Part shown: positions 48,539-56,850 of the stretch, piece after piece
How positions within the stretch are numbered: the stretch's first letter is position 1
Layout of the letters: every line of letters begins with the position of its first letter
Assembly (NCBI GenBank): GCA_963761305.1
Contig: CAVXGK010000002.1
Span: 2,080,001-2,144,000 of the forward strand
Direction of reading: 5' to 3'
Origin: an uncultured Gemmatimonadaceae bacterium
GTDB taxonomy: Bacteria > Gemmatimonadota > Gemmatimonadetes > Gemmatimonadales > Gemmatimonadaceae
DNA length: 64,000 nucleotides
Position numbers and translations under genes: made by a program
The notes under the pieces: generated by a model
What the model was told of the DNA's origin: nothing
Seen by the model: only the letters and a program-made list of their open reading frames with translations
The model's database searches: none

Positions 48539-49210
48539 GTGACCTCCTGTCGCAAACTGGCGATGGCATCGTTGGCCCCAATCGCCGCGGTTCTGACTGC
48601 CGCGTCGGGTTGTTCGGGGCCAGCGGAAACGAGCATCGCCCCTTCAGATACGTCGGGCTCGACGCCGTTGGGCCCGCTAATTCCCCTCGCGATCGGCACG
48701 CGGTGGACGTACGACTCGATCGACTCAGTCCTGTTTACGACCGACACGAGTCGCGATCAGTCGATCCACGAGAGGCAATCGTTCGCGGTGATCGCGGACA
48801 CTGTTGCCGCAGATGGTTCCACTTGGGCCGTCTTGGATAGCTCATACGACATCATCGACGGCGGGCCGATTGGGGGTCACACCTATGTGGCCAATCGAAG
48901 CGGCGGGTTATGGTCCTTTGTCCCTTACCCGATATCCCTGTTGTCTCTGGAGTTCCCCTACCCGACGAAAGTCGGCACGAGCGAGAACTTCGGGATCACG
49001 GTCGTGCTCAAAACAGACACGGTCGTCACGGTACCCGCGGGCACCTTTCATTGCGTGCTGTACGCCGAGGCCGGCGACAGCGTCCTTGTGGCGCCCGGCG
49101 TCGGCGTCGTCGCGCGCCTGACGGACAGGACCGGTACCGAGTTCGTATCCGGACAGGTCGTCGAGCGATCCCGCGAATACTTCGTCCTCAAATCGCTGAC
49201 GGTACCATGA
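48539..49210 (+). CDS. hypothetical lipoprotein
   Basis: ASGC lipobox; PLAIGTRWTY, VTVPAGTF.C, APGVG.V. Confidence 0.75.
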   Translation: MTSCRKLAMASLAPIAAVLTAASGCSGPAETSIAPSDTSGSTPLGPLIPLAIGTRWTYDSIDSVLFTTDTSRDQSIHERQSFAVIADTVAADGSTWAVLDSSYDIIDGGPIGGHTYVANRSGGLWSFVPYPISLLSLEFPYPTKVGTSENFGITVVLKTDTVVTVPAGTFHCVLYAEAGDSVLVAPGVGVVARLTDRTGTEFVSGQVVERSREYFVLKSLTVP

Positions 49211-49296
49211 GAAGTCCGGTCGTCATGTCTCACACGGCGATCCCGTGGCATGATTAGCATCAGACAGCCACATCTTCCTCACGACAACAACTTCCG

Positions 49297-49512
49297 ATGA
49301 GTCGCGGCATCGTTGCGATACTCGCGTGGCCTGTCGGCATCGTCCTCGCCATCGTGTGTACGGTCACGCTGACTCCGCACTGTAGCGCCTCACCGTGCGA
49401 GCTGCAGCTGGTCCCGACGTGGGTCGTCGTGTCACAGCTCGCTCTCGCGTTTGCCCCCGGGATCGTGGCGACCGTGTGGTGGCGCCGCGGACGGCGCGGA
49501 CCCCCGGAGTAG
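49297..49512 (+). CDS. small two-TM membrane protein
   Basis: two hydrophobic helices flanking a CxxxPC loop, basic tail. Confidence 0.55.
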   Translation: MSRGIVAILAWPVGIVLAIVCTVTLTPHCSASPCELQLVPTWVVVSQLALAFAPGIVATVWWRRGRRGPPE

Positions 49513-49537
49513 AGGGCGCAGTGCCACGCTACGACGC

Positions 49538-50068
49538 ATGCGACGATTGATGCGCGGACGCCGAGTCGGTTGTACCGCTGCGCTAGTGTTGCTTCTGGCA
49601 GGGAGTCGGCAGTCGTGGGGGCAGACCCCAGCCCGAGACGCCTTCGCCGCGTTGCGATCGGATTCAGTCGCCTGGCATCGCGTCATCGACTACGTGATTC
49701 GAGCCCTGAGCCCGGAGCTGGTACGCGCCGCGGCAGATACGGCGGCGCAGCCGTGGGATTTGCAGCTACCTCCTGCCGAGCCGCAGCGTCAGCTTCTGGC
49801 GAGGCAGCTCCGAATCATTCTCCGCGCCCGCTCCATCACGGCTGCCGACTCGGTCACTCACCGACTGGAAATCGGCGCGCTCCGAATCGTAAACGATACG
49901 GCTTTGGTTGGAGTTCACATGCAGGAAACTCGGCGCTGTCCTGGCACGACTCGCACGACTGGGTTCGGATGGACCGACACGGTGCGGGTTCGGCGCGATC
50001 CGAAGCAGAAATTCTGGGGAGCGGCATTCTCTCGCATGGCGCTCGCCGGTGATCGAGTCGGCTGCTAG
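49538..50068 (+). CDS. hypothetical secreted protein
   Basis: basic N-terminus plus hydrophobic signal; plausible globular sequence. Confidence 0.55.
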   Translation: MRRLMRGRRVGCTAALVLLLAGSRQSWGQTPARDAFAALRSDSVAWHRVIDYVIRALSPELVRAAADTAAQPWDLQLPPAEPQRQLLARQLRIILRARSITAADSVTHRLEIGALRIVNDTALVGVHMQETRRCPGTTRTTGFGWTDTVRVRRDPKQKFWGAAFSRMALAGDRVGC

Positions 50069-50217
50069 CGTGCGCACCGGGCAACACGTGGCGCCCCCAT
50101 GGCTCGACGCGTCATCCGGCAACGAGTCGTTCTCCCACGATTCTCCCCTCTGTTGTCTCGGCGGAGGGTGCTGCCACGCTCGGTCCCATCGGAGCGGCGT
50201 CCGGATCCGGCGTTGAT

Positions 50218-51043
50218 TCAACGCTCGCGCGTCCACAAAAGCAGAAGGCCGCATTCGTTGGCTGAGCCGCCGAACTCAATCGGTGCCTCCGCCGGGCCTG
50301 CGTAGAACTCAACCGCCGCGTAGTCCGTCGGTAGGATCTTGCTCCAGTCCGGCGGCAAGCGGGGAGTCATCCCCATGTTCGCCTTTATTCCGTCCACCAC
50401 GAACGGCCGGATAACAATTAGGAAATTTGCACCCCGCAAGCGCGCCTCCTTGGCACATCTTGCGAGTAGATACGATGAACTCGGCGCCCAGCGGCGCGGG
50501 CCCAATCATCAATCCGGGCATGTGAGAGATCAACACGTCCGCCATCGTGTGATTGTCGTTCTTCCGCATCTCAGCTTCGGGAATGAAATGCCCGAGGCCC
50601 ATCCGCCGCCTCTCCTCGAAGCCCCGAAGCGCAGGAGAGAGATATTTGACTGCCGAGTCTCTAACCACGACCGTCGGTAGTTGCTGCGCGGCTTCAGTCC
50701 GCACGAGGACAACGGTGACCGGCGCCGTGTCGGCCGGGGAGATCGGCACCATGAACGTCTGCGGCTCGAAGCCGAGCTTTCGCACGCGCACGAGCCCTCC
50801 GCCTTCGGGCAGGAACATCAGGCTCACGGTGCCCGTTCTCGTCGTCATCGCAGTGGTGCCCGACAGCACGTCACGGACCTCTGCGTTTTCGATTGGATTC
50901 CCCGTCTCGGCGTCATACACGCCAAGGAAACGGTACCGGTAGGCGTAGTTCACGGGCTTACCGTGTGCCGTATCGGCGGGTAGTGCTGAGCGACGAGCAC
51001 GTACGCGGTGCCCTAGCGCGCTGACCGCGGCGGCCAAGCTCAT
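50218..51043 (-). pseudogene. CarboxypepD_reg plus plug-like domain protein, +1 frameshift near 50401
   Basis: GVYDAETGNPI..AEV, VRKLGF, LRGFEERRRMGLGHFI, CYPAV | VVDG...AVEFYAG...CGLLLLWTRER. Confidence 0.8.
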
Positions 51044-51120
51044 CGCGAGCCTCACGAAGACGCTACTCGGTGCGCGCTTCGCGGCGCGAGCCCCGGTGTT
51101 CCTGAGCTGATCGCCCGGGC

Positions 51121-52012
51121 TCACGTCTTGTCCCATTGCTCAAGTGCCTCGGTGAGCTCGCGGTACACCGGGGCCGTGTCGGGCGCCTGTTTGGGGAGGC
51201 GACCCAGCTCACTGGCCGCGACTGAGAGCCGCTCGAGCACCGCTCGAATCGCGGTGTCTGGAATGGCGCCGACTTTTTCGCCGCGATAGTTGGTGAGGAT
51301 CGCCTGAATTGCCTTGGGAAGTCTCGCGTGATCGGGCGAGCCGTCGGCGCAGCGGAATGGAAGCTTCCACGTCGCCGGATCGGACGCATTCCCGACGAAG
51401 GCGAAGCAGCTGCAGGGCAAATGGTACTTGTGATGAAGGAGCTGCGCTTCTCCGTCGGACGGCTCCGCCGAGCTCGATGATTGGGTGCCGGGCGGAGAGA
51501 TGACACGGAGCTTGGCGTCGTCGCGGTCGGGACGCGGTCTGTAGATGCCCTGAACGGACAGCCAATAGGATTTGGGGCTCGCCGCACGAGTTGCACGAAG
51601 ACGCTCGGTCAAGCCACACCGACGACGACCGCGGCGTACAGCATCTCGCCGTCGCTGATCGCGACGACACGAACACGTTGCTCGGCGGCGTATCGACAGG
51701 CTTGGTCGAGTGCGGCGCGGGCGCCGGCAGCGTTGCGAGCGAGTGAGCCCGGCCGCTTCGCTTCGACGAGGAGGTATTTCACGGCAAGGCGCGAGGAGCA
51801 AGTCGGCGAAATCGACTTGATGATTGAGATCGGCGAGGCCAATCGAGGACGTCGGTGAACAGGTCGGCCAGGATGTCCTCGGCGACTTTCTCAGCGGCCC
51901 CACCGAGACGATCCTGATGCGCCAAACGCTCGCGACGCCTGGCGAGGAATGAAGCCCACTGCGCCTCGATGCGCTCGATCGCGCGGCGGTGAGAGGCGGT
52001 TCGTTCTGTCAT
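51121..52012 (-). pseudogene. HsdR_N-like PD-(D/E)xK nuclease domain protein with multiple frameshifts
   Basis: EDILADLF.DVLDW / ADLLL / LLVEAKRPG...ALDQACRYA...VAISDG / C-terminal domain in a further frame. Confidence 0.65.
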
Positions 52013-52083
52013 TGGTTCGTGTTTGTCGGACGTTTAAACAATGGATGATCTAAACTTGCTCTTCCTATCAACGTCGCGGTCCG

Positions 52084-52444
52084 TTAGCACACCGCGAGAA
52101 ATGGGCGTTGATGACCTTCGGAGAATGCCTCAATCGAGTCCCAGGATCTAACTAGCAGCTTGGCGATGCCCTATGCATCAAGCTGACGGGGCGTTCCCTG
52201 CTCTCACAAAAACGACACCCAGACGGCGTGCCCGAAGCAGGGCCTGAAAGTGCGGCGACTTTCGCATCGCGCGATCACGCGTGATAAGCACGCGCTGCCA
52301 TCGCGCTGCGTAATCAAGAATCAAGTCGTCCGGCGCCGCCTGACCCAATTCGGTGATCTCTCGAACGTGGGAGGTCGGCTTACTGAAAAGCCTCAGCGCC
52401 TCCGCGAGTGGCGCAGGTAGGTTGTTATCGAAAAGATAGGTCAC
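52084..52444 (-). pseudogene. PIN-domain toxin (DUF5615/VapC45-like), frameshift plus in-frame TAG
   Basis: YLFDNNLP, DD.IL..A, LITRD; after a +1 shift continues RQLDA*GIAKLLVRSWDSIEAF...RPFL. Confidence 0.75.
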
Positions 52445-53154
52445 GCTACCTTGCGGAGGCTCGCTTCGAAGGAGACCGCAGCATCAACCTCCACCTCGTC
52501 GATACGATACCACGCGGCAATAGAGGCAACGGAATCGCCAGCTCGGTGAAGACTGGAGAGTACGTCAGTTGGAATCCCGCCACGTGTGACTATCGGCATC
52601 CCGAACGAGCGTCGCGGGTCTAGAACGACCGGGGTACCCTGTCCTTTCGGGTACCAGCGTTGGGCCACGCCGTGCGCGTCGAAGTCCAACTGCGTCAAGT
52701 ACTGCCGAAGCACAGGCTCCATCGAGACCTGGCCAGCCCCAGCGACTTCAATCAGCGATTGCTCGTCGTGCTCACTCCCTAGCTGCAGATAGAGAGCGGC
52801 CGCGTCCACGAACCAGCGACGTGTTGCAAACGGGTGAGGCTCGTCGCGAAGGAGGCGAGCCGCCGTTCGAGTCGCCTCGCGGACTTTTGGCCACGAAAGG
52901 CCCGAGCGAAGCAGGCCTTGAACGAACATCAATTCGACGAGCTCCAGAAAGGTCAGCACCCGCGTCCCGTCGACGACCGGCGCCTCGGTACGGATAGCAG
53001 CAGCGTAATCACTCCCGCGCCGCGCGTATCCGAACGCCCAACGACGAATCGTCGGCGCCTCCTCGCCTAACAGAGCCGAAGCAGCTGATAGCGAGTAAAT
53101 GCCTTTCGATTCAACGCTTCGAGCAATAGCGGCCGTACCTTGGCGTGGAGTCAT
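52441..53154 (-). CDS. DUF433 antitoxin (VapB45-like HTH plus DUF433)
   Basis: GIYS..AA.LLG...TIRRW, LTFLELVE, VVLDPRRSFGMPIV..GIPT, V..IA.WY.I....V..A..FE; GTGA-coupled to the PIN gene. Confidence 0.88.
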   Translation of the reverse strand: MTPRQGTAAIARSVESKGIYSLSAASALLGEEAPTIRRWAFGYARRGSDYAAAIRTEAPVVDGTRVLTFLELVELMFVQGLLRSGLSWPKVREATRTAARLLRDEPHPFATRRWFVDAAALYLQLGSEHDEQSLIEVAGAGQVSMEPVLRQYLTQLDFDAHGVAQRWYPKGQGTPVVLDPRRSFGMPIVTRGGIPTDVLSSLHRAGDSVASIAAWYRIDEVEVDAAVSFEASLRKVA

Positions 53155-53189
53155 GCTGCCTCAAACTACTGTGAAGAGGGCGAAGATGG

Positions 53190-53215
53190 AAAAGGGCGCC
53201 AACCCACGGCGCCCT
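53190..53215 (-). terminator. intrinsic terminator of nrdJ
   Basis: AGGGCGCC-N7-GGCGCCCT hairpin followed by a short T-run on the minus strand. Confidence 0.6.
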
Positions 53216-53244
53216 GAGCCCCAGCCTTAAACAGCCAGGTGTTC

Positions 53245-55836
53245 TTACCCGCATTCGCTAAACCCGCACACATGACACTTCACACATCCTTCAGCATACT
53301 CCATCTGCGACCCGCAATCCGGGCACGTCCCGATGAACGCCTCGCTCGACCGGTGTAGCCCGAACGCCAACTCCGCTTCCGCCGCCGCATTCCCCTGCGG
53401 ACGCAGCGCCGCCGGAACCTGGTGCGTCATGCTCGTCGTCATCTCACCCGCGCCCGGCGCCTGACTCGGCGTACCCGGAGCAGGCGTGGGCGGCATGAGC
53501 TCCTGCTGCACACCGCTCACGCGGTCGCGGTGCCACTCCTCGATCGCGATGCCGATCGCGTCGGGGACGGAGAGCACCTTGTTTGGACCAAGGCCCACCG
53601 CGCGATCGCTAGAAATGCCGCGCAACTGGCGGTGGACCTCGGTAATCGGAATGCCGGATCGCAGCGCGAGCGAGATGAGGCGGCCCATCGCTTCGGTGTC
53701 GGCCATCGCCGAGCCGCCGGCCTTGCCGAGGTTGATGAAGACCTCGAACGGCTGACCCTTCTCGTCTTCGGTGATGTTCACGAACATCACGCCGAGTGGG
53801 GTCTCCTTCCTTATGGTAGTGCCGCGGAGCTTGTCGGGGCGGCTGCGCTTGGCGCGACGCTGGAGGTTCTCGGCTTCTACGTCGTACAGCTGACGCTTGA
53901 GTCGATCAATATCGGCGTCGCGCTCTGCGATCGTGCTCTTGAGATCCGCCACGAGGGAGCGGTCCTCTTCTCGGCGCGGTGCCGCGTTCTCGCGCGCTTC
54001 CTTGGCCCCGGCGGTCGCGCCGGTGCTCAACACCTGGTTGTCTCGGCTGCCGTCGCGGTAGACCGTGACACCCTTGCACTTCATGTCATACGCGAGCTCG
54101 TAGATCTTGCGCACGTCTTCGACGGTCGCGGTGTGGGCGAAATTAGTAGTCTTTGAAATCGCCGAGTCGCAGTGGTCCTGGAAAGCGGCCTGCATCTTGA
54201 TGTGCCATTCGGGGGCGATCGCGTTGGCGGTGACGAAGACGCGCTGCCACTTCTTGGGCACTTCGGGATGTTCGACCGAACCGGTCTTGGCGATGCGCTC
54301 CATCAGCTCGTCGGTGTACCAGCCCTCGGACTTGGCGATGGCGACGAAGTCTTCGTTCACGTCGGGCATCATCACGCCGGCCTGGTTGCGCATGAAGGCA
54401 ACGGCGAACAGCGGCTCGAGTCCCGAAGAGCAGCCGGCGATGATCGAGATCGTGCCGGTGGGCGCGACAGTGGTGACATTGCAGTTGCGCAGGAGCTGCA
54501 TGGGACGGATGCGCTTTCCGTTCTCATCCCGCGCGCACGTTTCGTCGGGGCCCCAGATGCTCTTGGCCCACTCGGCGAAGGGTCCGCGGTCGCCGGCGAG
54601 ACGCTCGGATTCGCGCTTGCCTTCGACGTCGACAAACTCCATCACCGTGCGGCCGAAATCCACACCCTCGGCCGTGTCGTAGGCGATGCCGAGTCGAACG
54701 CACGCGTCGGCGAAGCCCATCACGCCGAGCCCGATGCGGCGGATGCGCTTGGAGAGCGCGTCGATCGCCTCGAGCGGGTACTTGTTGACGTCGATGATGT
54801 TGTCGAGGAAGTGCGTGGAGAGATGGATGTCGGCCTTGAAGCCGTCCCAATCCATTTTCCCGTCTCTTACATAAAAGCCGACGTTAATGGAGCCGAGGTT
54901 GCAGACGTCGTAGGCGAGGAGCGGCTGCTCGCCGCAGGGGTTCGTCGCTTCGTAACGGCCGAGGCTCGGGACCGGGTTGTATCGGTTGGCTTCGTCGACG
55001 AAGAAGACACCCGGCTCGCCGGTGCGCCACGCGCCGAGGATCATGCGGTCCCAGACGGTGCGCGCGTCTAATTGTCCGACGACGGCGGGTTGACCGGTGG
55101 ACCGGTTGACCGGTTGACCGGAACTGCTGACAGACGATGGGTCGATGAGATCGTACGACGTCCCGGCCTTCACCGCTTCCATGAACTTGCTGGTCACGGC
55201 GACGCTGATGTTGAAGTTCGTCACCTGCGTGAGGTCTTCCTTGCAGGTGATGAATTCCAGGATGTCCGGGTGATCGACGCGGAGGATGCCCATGTTGGCG
55301 CCGCGACGCGTGCCGCCCTGCTTCACCGCGTCGGTGGACGCGTCATAGAGCTTCATGAAGGAGACGGGTCCCGACGCGACGCCGGTCGTCGAGCGGACCA
55401 TCGATCCCTTGGGACGGAGGCGCGAGAAGGAGAAACCGGTGCCGCCGCCCGACTGATGGATGAGCGCCATGGCGCTCAGCGTGTCGTAGATGCCGTTCTT
55501 GCCGTTGGCGAGAGCGTCTTCGACGGGAAGCACGAAGCACGCGCTGAGCTGACCGAGTGGACGACCGGCGTTCATGAGCGTCGGCGAGTTGGGCTCGAAG
55601 CGACGCTGGGTCATCAACTGATAGAACTCGTTCGCGACCTTGAGGACCTGCGGGTCGGTCGCGCCGTATCGGCGATCGGCTTCCGCGACAACCGACGCCA
55701 CGCGCCAGAAGAGATCTTCTGGCTGCTCGACGGGCTTGCCCTTTTCGTTCTTCACCAGGTAGCGCTTTTCGAGAACGGTACGCGCGTTGGCGGAGAGCGA
55801 GACGGGGCCCGAGGGCGGGTTGACGGGAAGCGGCAT
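53245..55836 (-). CDS. nrdJ: vitamin B12-dependent (class II) ribonucleotide reductase with TSCPD domain and C-terminal Zn ribbon
   Basis: PNSPTLMNAG, QLSACFV, GGGTGF, QGGTRRGANM, TNPCGEQ, APTGTIS, KG.TVYRDGSR, CPDCG...C..CGFSECG. Confidence 0.96.
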   Translation of the reverse strand: MPLPVNPPSGPVSLSANARTVLEKRYLVKNEKGKPVEQPEDLFWRVASVVAEADRRYGATDPQVLKVANEFYQLMTQRRFEPNSPTLMNAGRPLGQLSACFVLPVEDALANGKNGIYDTLSAMALIHQSGGGTGFSFSRLRPKGSMVRSTTGVASGPVSFMKLYDASTDAVKQGGTRRGANMGILRVDHPDILEFITCKEDLTQVTNFNISVAVTSKFMEAVKAGTSYDLIDPSSVSSSGQPVNRSTGQPAVVGQLDARTVWDRMILGAWRTGEPGVFFVDEANRYNPVPSLGRYEATNPCGEQPLLAYDVCNLGSINVGFYVRDGKMDWDGFKADIHLSTHFLDNIIDVNKYPLEAIDALSKRIRRIGLGVMGFADACVRLGIAYDTAEGVDFGRTVMEFVDVEGKRESERLAGDRGPFAEWAKSIWGPDETCARDENGKRIRPMQLLRNCNVTTVAPTGTISIIAGCSSGLEPLFAVAFMRNQAGVMMPDVNEDFVAIAKSEGWYTDELMERIAKTGSVEHPEVPKKWQRVFVTANAIAPEWHIKMQAAFQDHCDSAISKTTNFAHTATVEDVRKIYELAYDMKCKGVTVYRDGSRDNQVLSTGATAGAKEARENAAPRREEDRSLVADLKSTIAERDADIDRLKRQLYDVEAENLQRRAKRSRPDKLRGTTIRKETPLGVMFVNITEDEKGQPFEVFINLGKAGGSAMADTEAMGRLISLALRSGIPITEVHRQLRGISSDRAVGLGPNKVLSVPDAIGIAIEEWHRDRVSGVQQELMPPTPAPGTPSQAPGAGEMTTSMTHQVPAALRPQGNAAAEAELAFGLHRSSEAFIGTCPDCGSQMEYAEGCVKCHVCGFSECG
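55088..55121. repeat. four 8-bp GGT(T/G)GACC repeats inside the nrdJ coding sequence
   Basis: ggttgacc ggtggacc ggttgacc ggttgacc gg. Confidence 0.85.
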
Positions 55837-55864
55837 GTTGACGGGACTCCGGGCGGAGGCGAAA

Positions 55865-55912
55865 GAACAATCGATCGTGGAATCGATTGTAACAGAGGGA
55901 CTTGTCTAGGGG
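55865..55912 (-). promoter_or_regulatory. nrdJ promoter (TGnTACAAT) with two weak NrdR-box-like sites 32 bp apart
   Basis: extended -10 at 55894-55886; cccctagacaagtccc and ccacgatcgattgttc only partly match the NrdR consensus. Confidence 0.3.
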
Positions 55913-56070
55913 TTTACCGCAGGAAGGAACCGCGGGGCGGCATTCTATCCATGTTCGTGATTCCACGCCAGTAGTAATGTAAGGACAGACAGAAGCACGA
56001 GTTACGAAATGAACATCACGATTGTGCGCGGTGACGTAAGGCCGGGTTGATAAGCGGGGTCAACTGCAAG

Positions 56071-56196
56071 GGTGGACCGGTAGACCGGTGGACCGGTGGA
56101 CCGGAAAAACAGCGAGAAAGGCGCCAAGGCACCATCGATTAACGAGTTGTCACGCAGTTCGACCGGTCCACCGGTCTACCGGTCCACCGGTCCACC
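56071..56196. repeat. inverted pair of 8-bp repeat tracts (GGTGGACC)4 ... (GGTCCACC)4
   Basis: 56071-56104 and 56161-56196 are near reverse complements. Confidence 0.9.
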
Positions 56197-56251
56197 TCTG
56201 TTATGCTGCCGCGACGCTGTCGTGATGATTTGCTTCGAAACACGGCGACCA

Positions 56252-56800
56252 TTACGCCGGCCTGTACCGCTTCTGCAGCTCGACGTAGGACTCGACTGTC
56301 TTTTGTATGCGAACGCGATCGGCGTCGGTCGTTTCACGAACGACTTTGCCCGGCACGCCGAGTACGAGGGAGTTGGGTGGAATGCGCATGCCTTCGCGGC
56401 ACACGGCGCCGGCGCCGACGATCGAGCCGGTGCCGACGTGCACGCCGTTGAGGAGGATCGCGCCCATCGCGATCAAGCAATCGTCTTCGATCGTGGCGCC
56501 GTGGACGATGGCGCGATGTCCGATCGCCACGCGCTTTCCTATGTGCGTCGGGATGCCATCATCCACATGAATGATGGTTCCGTCCTGCACGTTGCTGTCG
56601 TCGCCGATCTCGATCGTGTCGGAGTCGCCGCGAAGGACGGCGGTGGGCCACACCGAGACGCGCGCACCGAGTGTCACGTTGCCGGTGACGATGGCGGCCG
56701 GATGGATGTACGCGGTGGGATCGATCACGGTGGAAGCGAACGATAGCGACGCCGCGCGCGTTCGCAATTTCTTGACAAACGCGAACGGATTCGTGATCAA
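56252..56800 (-). CDS. gamma carbonic anhydrase family (hexapeptide repeat) protein
   Basis: VLRGD...I.IG..SNVQDG.IIH, IGH.AIVHG, GVPGK; true start may be slightly downstream. Confidence 0.93.
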   Translation of the reverse strand: MITNPFAFVKKLRTRAASLSFASTVIDPTAYIHPAAIVTGNVTLGARVSVWPTAVLRGDSDTIEIGDDSNVQDGTIIHVDDGIPTHIGKRVAIGHRAIVHGATIEDDCLIAMGAILLNGVHVGTGSIVGAGAVCREGMRIPPNSLVLGVPGKVVRETTDADRVRIQKTVESYVELQKRYRPA

Positions 56801-56850
56801 ATCGCGTCAGAAATAACCGTTGACATTCTCGCGCCGCGGTCTGGCCACTC

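Noticed and set aside
45162..50068. Integron cassette array (run of short same-strand genes)
   Set aside because: No recurring attC-like RYYYAAC...GTTRRRY sites between genes and no intI in the window.
55840..56070. Cobalamin riboswitch upstream of nrdJ
   Set aside because: No recognisable B12-box or GGGAA/GCCACTG elements.
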